NCBI GenBank assembly: GCA_004431415.1
Contig: QPMI01000651.1
Location: forward strand, 1-64,000
Direction of reading: 5' to 3'
Source of the DNA: Cyanophora paradoxa CCMP329
Taxonomy: Eukaryota; Plantae; Glaucophyta
Length of the DNA stretch: 64,000 bases
The translations under genes and the position numbers were made by a program. Positions 43,060 to 51,629 of the stretch are shown piece after piece (positions within the stretch are counted from its first letter, which is position 1; each line of letters opens with the position of its first letter). The notes under the pieces were generated by a model. It did not search any database. It worked only from the letters and a program-made list of their open reading frames with translations, and was not told the DNA's origin.

Positions 43060-44430
43060 ATGGATATTACGTCGACCCTCCAGCGCCTTTCGTTGAAAGA
43101 AGCCCTAACAACCCCAGAGGAGGCCAAGGCCTTCTTTCTGGATAACTCCCTAATGCTTGGTCTTGAATCCAAGTCGAAGCCCGTTCTTGTTGTTGTGAAC
43201 CCGAGCAATACTTTTGAAAATAGTGTTGGAAATCGCATTTCATTCAAACTCCCTCGCTACAATTTCTGTGGCAAACTCGAACTTGCCTTCGACCTTCCAG
43301 CTATCACTTTTGGTGATGCTGATCTTGTTCGGAATGGGTACACTCGCCCAGTTGGTGCTTTGGTTCAGCGACTTGAAATTACCTATGGGTCATACACCTA
43401 CCATATCCCTTCTGATTTCCTTGCTCATTTCCCTCTTGTCTATTATAGTGAGGATCAGCTTGCCAAAAAGAAGCGATCAATGGGCATGCTTCACGGCATC
43501 CCCGCCCATGGAACCAACCGACTTGGTGGCTCATTCTTTGTTGAAATTCCTGTGCCTTGGCTAAACCACTACCTACCTCTTGGTGCTCTGTCTGGTGAAA
43601 TGGTAGTAACTGTTTGGTTCAAGGATGTAGGGAAGGGTTATGTTGAGACTTCTTATGGTGGTCGTACTCTTCCTAAGGCTGGGGACACAGCCATTGATGG
43701 GGACAAGGATGATGGGCTTGGCGTCGCACCTGCTGAATCTGTGCTGGCACATGTTGGCCAAAACATCACCACTTTCAATCTTGGTGCGCCAAACGTTGAA
43801 ATTAAAATTACTTCTCCTCGCCTTTATATGTATGCTGTTAATGTGTCTGATGAGCTTTTCGCTACTGTTATTGAGAAGGTAAAGACAACTGGCATGGCTA
43901 TCCCTGCTCTGGATATTGGATTTGTGGATGTCAGTGATTTGAAAGCCAAGGGTCTTGCCCAACCCAATCGAGTTAACCTCTCCCAAATATCAGGTCTCGT
44001 TTATGCTCTGCTTGTTTCAGTTCGTGATAACGCTAATGTTGACAAAGCTAATGGTTCCCACAGTGTACTTAAGACCTACTCCAACTCCAAAGATATTACT
44101 TTCACTGTGGAAATTAATGGTCAACGTCTCTATGCCACTGAGCCCATTCCACTGCTCAAGGGTGCTGAGCTGATTGCTGATGTCTTCAAATGCTCTAATA
44201 TGGATAAGGTTGCTGATCGCTATGTTCTTTCAGGGCTTCCGTTCTGTCTTGATGGTGAGAAGGCAATTCGCAATGTTGCCCAGTCTGGCTATGTTGACCT
44301 GACCAATTCTTCATCTTCATTCCTCACTCTCTACATGCCCACTGACAAGGTTATTGATGTCAATGTTCGCGCTCTCATGCACAGCTTTATCATAGTGGAC
44401 AAGGACGGCTTAAGGCGAATCAATCTATAA
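43060..44430 (+). CDS. Major capsid protein (double jelly roll, PLV type)
   Basis: 456 aa, close orthologue of 21655-23022. Confidence 0.85.
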   Translation: MDITSTLQRLSLKEALTTPEEAKAFFLDNSLMLGLESKSKPVLVVVNPSNTFENSVGNRISFKLPRYNFCGKLELAFDLPAITFGDADLVRNGYTRPVGALVQRLEITYGSYTYHIPSDFLAHFPLVYYSEDQLAKKKRSMGMLHGIPAHGTNRLGGSFFVEIPVPWLNHYLPLGALSGEMVVTVWFKDVGKGYVETSYGGRTLPKAGDTAIDGDKDDGLGVAPAESVLAHVGQNITTFNLGAPNVEIKITSPRLYMYAVNVSDELFATVIEKVKTTGMAIPALDIGFVDVSDLKAKGLAQPNRVNLSQISGLVYALLVSVRDNANVDKANGSHSVLKTYSNSKDITFTVEINGQRLYATEPIPLLKGAELIADVFKCSNMDKVADRYVLSGLPFCLDGEKAIRNVAQSGYVDLTNSSSSFLTLYMPTDKVIDVNVRALMHSFIIVDKDGLRRINL

Positions 44431-44483
44431 ACCATATTCAGTCACATCGTATTATTTTTATCTGGTTCTTTATAGAAGGAAGC

Positions 44484-45266
44484 ATGGGCGACTTGGACGA
44501 ATTTAATGCTGGTGAGATGATAAATCCCCCTTTCCGCGTTTTGGCAATTGGCAAATCTGCTACTGGTAAATCAGAGGCTGTCAAGTACTGGCTCAAACAG
44601 CTTCATGATGCCAAAAAGATTGATGTCGTTTTGGTGGTGAGTGGAACAAGCTTTAATCATTTCTGGGATAAAGTGGCCACATTACAATTGGGGAAATGGG
44701 ACGCCCCCTACATTGCTAAATTGCTGGATGAAAGGCAAGAGAAAATAGAAAAGGGGGAACCTGTAAACCAATTATGTGTTGTTTTGGACGACCTTATTGA
44801 CAACGAAATAGTAGATTTAACCCGAGATAAAATAATCGGAAGTCTTTACAGTCGTGGTAGACATTCGAAAATATCTATTATCTGTATCACACAAAAGCTG
44901 AGGAAAGTCTCATCAACAATTCGTGTCAACTCAGATTATGCTATGTTCCTAAGCGCTGCCAATAGAAAGGAGCTTGAAGCCATTGAGGAAGAATATAATA
45001 TAATGCGGGACAAAGATGTTTTCTATAAAATGTTTGAAGAGTACGTTCATTCCTATCAGTTTCTAATTTGGTCATCCGCCGATTATTCTGTGAAATATTT
45101 CGTAGATAAAGCGGATTTGGTCAAAGATTTCCCATTTCCACGGTTCCACAGGAAGCCAAAGAAGAAAGAAGATGAGCTTAAACCACCAGAGAAAGAAGAG
45201 GGGCGCAAAGAAGTGAAAAGCCAAGTTCATAGTAATAAGTTAATGCGATATAAACGCGGTCTATAA
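44484..45266 (+). CDS. A32/FtsK-HerA genome-packaging ATPase
   Basis: GKSATGKS, VVLDD, SRGRH. The last ~20 codons may be out of frame (homologous stop near 45243). Confidence 0.95.
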   Translation: MGDLDEFNAGEMINPPFRVLAIGKSATGKSEAVKYWLKQLHDAKKIDVVLVVSGTSFNHFWDKVATLQLGKWDAPYIAKLLDERQEKIEKGEPVNQLCVVLDDLIDNEIVDLTRDKIIGSLYSRGRHSKISIICITQKLRKVSSTIRVNSDYAMFLSAANRKELEAIEEEYNIMRDKDVFYKMFEEYVHSYQFLIWSSADYSVKYFVDKADLVKDFPFPRFHRKPKKKEDELKPPEKEEGRKEVKSQVHSNKLMRYKRGL

Positions 45267-45294
45267 AAATATCTCTCACTTTAATAAAGACACA

Positions 45295-46029
45295 ATGCCC
45301 CCCAAACGGAAAATAGGCATCCCTGCTGGGGCTGTTGGTTATTCAGGTGGTGGTAACAATGGCTCCATTAACACAGACCCGCTTAAATTCAATGGAATGA
45401 ATGAGATAAAGCCCTCACAACAGCAAGAGGATCCCCTTAATGCCGCCTATGAGGAATCCTTTGATGACAAAGCCCCACAGACGTCCACCAGTGATCAGCT
45501 CAACATCTCCCCTGAAGCTTCTAAAATGAAGGCTGTGGGTGAGGGTGCCAGGCGAATTATAGGTGCTGCTGATGATAAAGGTCTTGGGCTCCAAGATCTA
45601 TCACTCACTCGCAAAGGTGAGGGTCTCAGTAAAGAATCCGACAAGGTTATCCAGTCTATGGCGGGTGAAGTCACATACAAGACTGCTCCCACCCAGAATA
45701 TTCATAGAGTTCCCAAGGCTCAATGGGACGAGATGACTGCCAAGCTTAAAGATCTGGAAGCCAAATCAAGTGCCTTAGAGCAATATGTAACTGAGAAGAG
45801 AGAGAGATCCAAACTCAAGGAGATGCTAAGAAAGGAGGTGTTCAAAATGGGGATCACTGGGATTCCAGATAAACAGTTTATTGCCAAGAAAGAGAACCAA
45901 ATTGATGAGCAAGCTGTTGATGAAATGAAAACAAAGACCCAAAAGGGGACTATTGAGCCAGGTGCTACAAAGGCTGAGGTGGACAAAGGTGTAGCCCCCA
46001 CAGTGTATAAACGACGGGTTTGGCTTTGA
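45295..46029 (+). CDS. Conserved 244-aa protein in the capsid module
   Basis: Orthologue of 20048-20782. Confidence 0.85.
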   Translation: MPPKRKIGIPAGAVGYSGGGNNGSINTDPLKFNGMNEIKPSQQQEDPLNAAYEESFDDKAPQTSTSDQLNISPEASKMKAVGEGARRIIGAADDKGLGLQDLSLTRKGEGLSKESDKVIQSMAGEVTYKTAPTQNIHRVPKAQWDEMTAKLKDLEAKSSALEQYVTEKRERSKLKEMLRKEVFKMGITGIPDKQFIAKKENQIDEQAVDEMKTKTQKGTIEPGATKAEVDKGVAPTVYKRRVWL

Positions 46030-46057
46030 GAAAAAATAAACGTTTTTTCTATTATAA

Positions 46058-46288
46058 ATGGATGATACCATCAGTCTGGTTGAGTTCACCGTTGATAGTC
46101 CTGTTAGTGAGAGTTATATTAAGAGCGCTGTAGCAAACCAAAAACGATACAGGGAAGACCCAGAATATAGAGAGTTTAAGAAACAGCAAGCCTTGGCATC
46201 ATATTATCGCCGAAGGGCACAAAAAGATGTTGTGAGGCCTATAGGGAGGCCAATTAAACATTATTTGACCACTGAGAGCAGCAACTGA
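46058..46288 (+). CDS. Small basic AT-hook-like protein
   Basis: RYREDPEYRE...YYRRR...RPIGRPIKHY. Confidence 0.7.
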   Translation: MDDTISLVEFTVDSPVSESYIKSAVANQKRYREDPEYREFKKQQALASYYRRRAQKDVVRPIGRPIKHYLTTESSN

Positions 46289-46313
46289 GTTATTTTGTCC
46301 TGTTACTTGTAAG

Positions 46314-46580
46314 ATGTGGCAATGGCTCCAACAATTGCTGGATATGTTTCATATACATGTGACCAGCAATTATAAGTGTAGCTGTTGTGATACTACTATT
46401 GACGTCAGCATTGGATCTTCCTCCCCAAGTGGATCCAGGAGTGGGTCTCCCTATGATGTGGTGCGCTCAACTGAGGGGCAAAGGGTAAGCTTGGAGAGCA
46501 TTGAAGAGGTGACAGGGGAGCAATTTGCTCAGGCTGTAAGCAGCGCTTGGAATGAGTACCAAGGAAACCGTCTACATTGA
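46314..46580 (+). CDS. Small Cys-cluster protein
   Basis: Orthologue of 19787-20020. Confidence 0.7.
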   Translation: MWQWLQQLLDMFHIHVTSNYKCSCCDTTIDVSIGSSSPSGSRSGSPYDVVRSTEGQRVSLESIEEVTGEQFAQAVSSAWNEYQGNRLH

Positions 46581-46585
46581 ACACA

Positions 46586-46822
46586 TTATCTGCCATCAGG
46601 GAAGGGGCTAATCTCATTTCCAAGCATGAGGAGATCGTTTGATATTTTTTGTAAAGCTGCTTTGATATGTGGAGACAGGGGGGCTATTCGATGACCAAGG
46701 TTGTACAGTTCTATAGAGACGCGATGTATGGAGTCACTCAATTCAGGGCTTGGAGACGTCAGCGCCAAATATGAGAGTTCAAAGGAGACCTCTACAAGGC
46801 GAGTATGGATGGGAGTTGTCAT
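46586..46822 (-). CDS. Hypothetical 78-aa protein
   Basis: Clean ATG ORF convergent with 46314-46580; no homologue recognised. Confidence 0.45.
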   Translation of the reverse strand: MTTPIHTRLVEVSFELSYLALTSPSPELSDSIHRVSIELYNLGHRIAPLSPHIKAALQKISNDLLMLGNEISPFPDGR

Positions 46823-47018
46823 AATAATCTACTTTTAGGTAGCATAAAAATGCGAAAGGGGCGGCTCTGCGTAGAGCTTGATGAGAGCTTCACAGGAAAA
46901 AAAAGAGCGCTCAAAACGGCCAATCTGGTGCCGAGATATTCGCGTTTGAAGTTCCTTAAGTGGCTCTAATTGAAAGTTTTAGAAACATTCTTATAGAGCT
47001 CTATAAGGAAATAGCTGC

Positions 47019-47195
47019 GCAATCTCAGCGTTGCGCGGCCATACAAGGAGCAATCTCAGGCTTGCGCAGCCACACACTGAGCAATCTCCGGCTTGCGCGG
47101 CCATACAAGGAGCAATCTCAGCGTTGCGCGGCCATACAAGGAGCAATCTCAGGCTTGCGCAGCCACACACTGAGCAATCTCAGGCTTGCGCAGCC
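47019..47195. repeat. 31-bp tandem array A (~5.7 units, GCAATCTCAGGCTTGCGC...)
   Basis: Unit starts at 47019, 47050, 47081, 47112, 47143, 47174. Confidence 0.9.
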
Positions 47196-47202
47196 CGCGT
47201 GT

Positions 47203-47357
47203 ATATGTATATGATATATATGAAAAAAAAAACAAGTTTTGGTAAAAACTACAGCGCCGTGATCGCCATGACGCGGCGAGTCCGGAAAGCTATGATATAT
47301 ATATATGTCATGCGACATTATGATATATCATATACATATATCATTATGGTATATACA
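47203..47357. repeat. 155-bp direct repeat (partner 47698-47852)
   Basis: Near-identical block following each 31-bp array. Confidence 0.92.
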
Positions 47358-47446
47358 AGTCGCTCAAATTGAAGTCTTATAAGGTCTTATAAGAGTTGTC
47401 TTATAGAATTCTTTTCTAAAATCTTATATGGTCTTATAAGATTTAA

Positions 47447-47687
47447 TGTGCGTACCGTAGCGCAGTACGCAAGCCACTTTGCGTACCGTAGCGCCGTACG
47501 CAGCCCACTGTGCGTACCGTAGCGCAGTACGCAGGCCACTGTGCGTACCGTGGCTCAGTACGCAAGCCACTGTGCGTACCGTAGCGCAGTACGCAAGCCA
47601 CTGTGCGTACCGTAGCGCAGTACGCAGGCCCCTGTGCGTACCGTAGCGCAGTACGCAGGCCCCTGTGCGTACCGTGGCTCAGTACGC
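47447..47687. repeat. 31-bp tandem array B (~7.8 units, each with TGCGTAC-N9-GTACGCA inverted repeat)
   Basis: Directly visible; no unique spacers. Confidence 0.92.
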
Positions 47688-47697
47688 GCGAACGTAC

Positions 47698-47852
47698 ATA
47701 TGTATATGATATATATGAAAAAAAAAACAAGTTTTGGTAAAAACTATAGCGCCGTGATCGCCATGACGCGGCGAGTCCGGAAAGCTATGTTATATATATA
47801 TGTCATGTGACATCATAATATATCATATACATATATCATTATGGTATATACA
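47698..47852. repeat. Second copy of the 155-bp direct repeat
   Basis: Matches 47203-47357. Confidence 0.92.
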
Positions 47853-47946
47853 TTTGGTATATGCGAAACTGAAAATATTCGTAGCTCGTCACCAGATCAT
47901 CGTAGGGCTATGATATTGGGGTCTTTAAATATCTACGTTTTACGCT

Positions 47947-48270
47947 CTATTTAACGGGATAGGTTTCGCGACGCTGCTCCAGCTTTCTACGGAGTCGGTC
48001 GGCAACAAGTATGGGGACATGGTCTTTTTTGTACTCAATTTTGCGGTGCTGCTCACTCACAAAACCCAGATGATTGTATTGCTCCTGCTGTCTTTTTCTT
48101 TGTCTTCTTGACATTTGACTGAGAGTCAAGCCCATTGCTCTTAGCTTCATATCCAACAACATGTCATCATATTTGGCCATGGGTGGTAATTTGTCTCTCT
48201 TTTTCTTGAGATTATCTTCAATCTGCTTTCCCATCGCCTCATCTGTGATTGAAGTATTGAGATAGCTCAT
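47947..48270 (-). CDS. Hypothetical basic 107-aa protein
   Basis: Clean ATG ORF, K/R-rich. Confidence 0.65.
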   Translation of the reverse strand: MSYLNTSITDEAMGKQIEDNLKKKRDKLPPMAKYDDMLLDMKLRAMGLTLSQMSRRQRKRQQEQYNHLGFVSEQHRKIEYKKDHVPILVADRLRRKLEQRRETYPVK

Positions 48271-48319
48271 ATCTACTGCTCACTATATAATAGGGGGATG
48301 TTCTTAAGTAGGGGGAGGA

Positions 48320-48455
48320 AAGGCAGGTAAGGCAGAAAAACCGCCTTATTTGAAAACTTTTTCCATTGGCCATTTTACGTTTTTCAAAAACGCAAAATCT
48401 CCATCCAGATATTTTTTTTCAAATAAGGCGCCTTACCTGCCTTACCTGCCTTACC
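48320..48455. repeat. Inverted iteron-like array based on GGCAGGTAA with a 15-bp inner inverted repeat
   Basis: AAGGCAGGTAAGGCAG...CGCCTTATTTGAAAA // TTTTCAAATAAGGCG CCTTACCTGCCTTACCTGCCTTACC. Confidence 0.8.
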
Positions 48456-48500
48456 TTCTTCCAATAACTATACCAATTAATCATCCCCTCCCTCCAGAAA

Positions 48501-48682
48501 TAGAGGGTAGAGGGTAGAGGGTAGAGGGTAGAGGGTAGAGGGTCTGGGTAGACAGGGTAGAGGGTTGTTTGTAAACTTTCCTAGAAAAACCCCCTTTCAT
48601 GGGGAATTTTACAAACAACCCTCTACCCTGTCTACCCAGACCCTCTACCCTCTACCCTCTACCCTCTACCCTCTACCCTCTA
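48501..48682. repeat. Perfect 75-bp inverted repeat of (GGGTAGA)n iterons around a 32-bp spacer; candidate replication origin
   Basis: Arms 48501-48575 and 48608-48682; ends 15 bp from the primase-helicase stop. Confidence 0.9.
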
Positions 48683-48697
48683 CCCACCCTCATATGA

Positions 48698-51175
48698 TTA
48701 TTCACTATCACTTTCAATTCCACATTTTGACTTCAAGCCCACATAGTAAATGGAATTCACACCATTCCTTTTCACCTGTTTCTTAGGAATTCCATTAATC
48801 ACAGTCATAGCTGTTCCAAAGGCTGTTTGGCTCATTTCTTTATCCACTCTGGAATACTCTTTGAATAGATCAGCTGCCTTGATGACGTCACTGCTGCTGT
48901 GGGTGATTTCAAAGTTTGCCTGAAGCCATGTCAGCACTGGGTTGTTTTCAGTGATATATTCCTTGCTGGCCTCTTTGACAGATTCAGGCACTGGGATGAA
49001 GCCCATGGCGCTCACCTCAGTGGTGTATGTGTCAATGAGCAGCCTCATGAAAGCCTGAGCATATCTCTCATCATCTCTAATTCTGCCCATCAGGCTGGGG
49101 TCTGCCTTCTTTTGGCCTTGAATGGGATTCTCCTTGAACTGGTATTCAAAATGGGACACATGGAGGCGCCTTTGAATACCTCCATCTAACTTGGAGAGCT
49201 TTGGTATATCATTTGTCAGCAGGAAGGGGATGAATTGAGGGCTGAATGTAATGGGGTTAGCATGTAGTAAACGAGCAACAAGTTTCTCACCTCCAGTGAT
49301 CTCTTTGATTTTGCCCACCTGAAGCTTGTCACTGGCCTCAGGCTCATTGGAGAAGATGATCCTCACACCCTTCTTATCAGCCAGCTCAGGCACAGGGGCC
49401 CCAGACCTTGGTTTCCCACTGACCCAATAAGAGCTGTCAAGGGGCTGGGCATAATCACCCAGAGCCTTCAGAACCAACTCTTGGAGTGTAGATTTGCCAT
49501 TGGAGCCAGTGCCTGTCCAGATGTGGAAGCGCTGGTCTTTGTTGCCCTTCCCAGAGAGGGCACCTGCCAATGTCCTCACAAGGAATTTGCCAGTCTCTTG
49601 ATCTTTGAATGGCTCATACACGATTTTCTTGATTTCTTCCATGACATTCCCATCAATCATAGGGGCATATGGATAGCCACAAGTCCTACTGACATACTCA
49701 TCAGCTTTGGCTGGGCGAAAGACCTTATTTTGAAGGTCATAGACTCCATTGGTAAACCCAATCAGCTCCTTAGATTCATCCATACTGGCAGCTATTTCAG
49801 TGTCAGCAAAGTGAGCCTTGGCCTCTTTGATGATGGAATCTTTGAATCCACATTTCAGGAGCTGTTTGGAAATTTCAAGGCATTTCTTGGCATTCTCCTC
49901 ATACTTTGAGCTTTCATCTGGATCAGCAGCAGCTGAACGAGTGTTTTCCATTGCCTCCTTCAGAAAAAGCTTCATGACATCAGTGGAAAGCACTTTGCGC
50001 AGTGTATGGGGTTCCTTTTCAGCTCTCCACAGTCCAGTGAGCTTATTCCTGACAAACCAGATGTCTTTTTGATTGGCATCATAGCGGAATTGGTCTTTTT
50101 GTGTGTGGTACAGGACTTCAGCCACATTGTAATGACCCCCATTTGAAGCAATGGCATTTTTAATGGCCTGCTTGAGGTCTCCCTTATTGGTAAACAGCTG
50201 AATATATAGATCCAGATTATCAGCTTTGAGCCAATAGACAAGAGAAGCATATGCCAATGGCTTTACTGAGCTACCTTTTTGGAAGCTCTGCCAAGCCTTG
50301 TCACACGCCTCAGCCCTATACTTGCTGCTCTGTTGGCTGAATTTGTGCCAGATGGCCAGTACTTTGTCCTCAGGCATTTTCTTGTCTTTCATAGTGCTTG
50401 TCAGGGCCAAGCCAACATTAATCCAGTCAGCATAGCCATCAGCTCGTTTTTCACTGAGTCCCATCACAAGCTTTTCTAGCTCTTCAGTGGTGATGATTTC
50501 GCTGGAATAATCATTATTTTTGGGCAGCTGCTGGGCAGGCTCCTCCTTCTCTGGAAGAGTGAGCAGGGCCTCCTTGCCAGTGAGAAGCTGGACAAAGAAA
50601 TCAGTGTCCTCATGGGATGTTAGCTTGGTGAACACAGTGTTCCAGCATGGTTCCTCATAGGTGCTGCTCTTGTCAGCAAGAGCCTTCTCTTTACAGCACC
50701 CAAGGCACACAAGCGCCCTGTTGTTGTTGTAAACAGATGGATCATAGTCCTCATGAGGCTTGAGCCCAGCCCTCTCAAGGAAAACAGGGAAATCCCTGTA
50801 GATGCCATGAAGGGTGGTACATACCATGTGGGCACTCACTTTGTAGCATGGATCCTGTGTGTCTTTTTTTATCAGCAGCCTTGATCTGGTGGAGATGGCA
50901 ATGGTGCTGATGTGGACACCAAGTGCCTTGGCCAGCTTTTCAGCCTTGGAGTTAATTAGCCCAAGTCCCTCATCATCAACCTCATCAACAGGCAGAACCT
51001 GTTCGAAATCAATGTAGAGCTTGGTGAATTTATGGCCACTCAAGTACTCAGCCATGTGCTTGTTGCCTGAGGCAATCAATTTGAGTGCCTCAGTGACCCT
51101 GATGGTCACAGTGCTGGCTTCGCGACTGCCAATGATGCTTGTTAGGAAGGTGCCAATGATGCTGGTGGATGCCAT
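48698..51175 (-). CDS. AEP-type (NCLDV-like) primase, PriCT-2 and D5-like SF3 helicase
   Basis: KLYIDFE, KVSAH, DPSVYNNNR; PriCT-2 ADGYADWINVGLAL...WHKFSQQSSKY...W.SF; IGFTNGVYDL; Walker A GTGSNGKS; DGGIQRR. Confidence 0.92.
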   Translation of the reverse strand: MASTSIIGTFLTSIIGSREASTVTIRVTEALKLIASGNKHMAEYLSGHKFTKLYIDFEQVLPVDEVDDEGLGLINSKAEKLAKALGVHISTIAISTRSRLLIKKDTQDPCYKVSAHMVCTTLHGIYRDFPVFLERAGLKPHEDYDPSVYNNNRALVCLGCCKEKALADKSSTYEEPCWNTVFTKLTSHEDTDFFVQLLTGKEALLTLPEKEEPAQQLPKNNDYSSEIITTEELEKLVMGLSEKRADGYADWINVGLALTSTMKDKKMPEDKVLAIWHKFSQQSSKYRAEACDKAWQSFQKGSSVKPLAYASLVYWLKADNLDLYIQLFTNKGDLKQAIKNAIASNGGHYNVAEVLYHTQKDQFRYDANQKDIWFVRNKLTGLWRAEKEPHTLRKVLSTDVMKLFLKEAMENTRSAAADPDESSKYEENAKKCLEISKQLLKCGFKDSIIKEAKAHFADTEIAASMDESKELIGFTNGVYDLQNKVFRPAKADEYVSRTCGYPYAPMIDGNVMEEIKKIVYEPFKDQETGKFLVRTLAGALSGKGNKDQRFHIWTGTGSNGKSTLQELVLKALGDYAQPLDSSYWVSGKPRSGAPVPELADKKGVRIIFSNEPEASDKLQVGKIKEITGGEKLVARLLHANPITFSPQFIPFLLTNDIPKLSKLDGGIQRRLHVSHFEYQFKENPIQGQKKADPSLMGRIRDDERYAQAFMRLLIDTYTTEVSAMGFIPVPESVKEASKEYITENNPVLTWLQANFEITHSSSDVIKAADLFKEYSRVDKEMSQTAFGTAMTVINGIPKKQVKRNGVNSIYYVGLKSKCGIESDSE

Positions 51176-51249
51176 TCTACTATAGGGTGAGATAATTATT
51201 TCAGTGAACTATACCCTTAAGTACTTTTCGAAAAAAGGAGTAGCTCAAA

Positions 51250-51257
51250 TCAATTTT
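51250..51257 (-). promoter_or_regulatory. AAAATTGA, Mimiviridae-type early promoter motif
   Basis: Exact motif 74 nt upstream of primase-helicase ATG 51175. Confidence 0.55.
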
Positions 51258-51289
51258 TCGGACCCCCCTCCCCCCTGCCCCCTGCCCCC

Positions 51290-51481
51290 TCACACATAGG
51301 GATCCCGCTTTCTCGGCCGCCCCCTCCTGTCTGGGGTCGCCTCCTCAAACAGATACCTGATACACAGGAGAGCCCCAGCCTTGTATGTGCTGACCCTCAC
51401 GTATTTTTTGTGGAGCTCGCGAAACTCTGGATCGTTTTGGATCCTGCGCTTGATGTACCTCATTTGCTTGGTGTACGCCAT
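51290..51481 (-). CDS. Small basic AT-hook protein (63 aa)
   Basis: MAYTKQ start; NDPEFRELHK...RRGRPRKR. Upstream of the primase, as in element 1. Confidence 0.7.
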   Translation of the reverse strand: MAYTKQMRYIKRRIQNDPEFRELHKKYVRVSTYKAGALLCIRYLFEEATPDRRGRPRKRDPYV

Positions 51482-51629
51482 TGCTTGATGTGTTCCCCTT
51501 ATAGTATAGTTGAGATTTCTTTTTAAATAGGGATCGCGGGGTTTATTCTCATTGAGCACTGCGAATTGTCCACAATATAAACATTTAAAGATTATTTTCG
51601 TACCTAGATATAAGTACAACCCCCCAACC

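Noticed and set aside
47019-47687. 31-bp palindromic repeats as a CRISPR array
   Set aside because: Units are head-to-tail with no unique spacers, and no cas genes are present.
48501-48682. (GGGTAGA)n as telomeric repeat
   Set aside because: It is internal, arranged as an inverted pair and mirrored by a non-G-rich array at the same position in element 1. G-quadruplex potential is not excluded.
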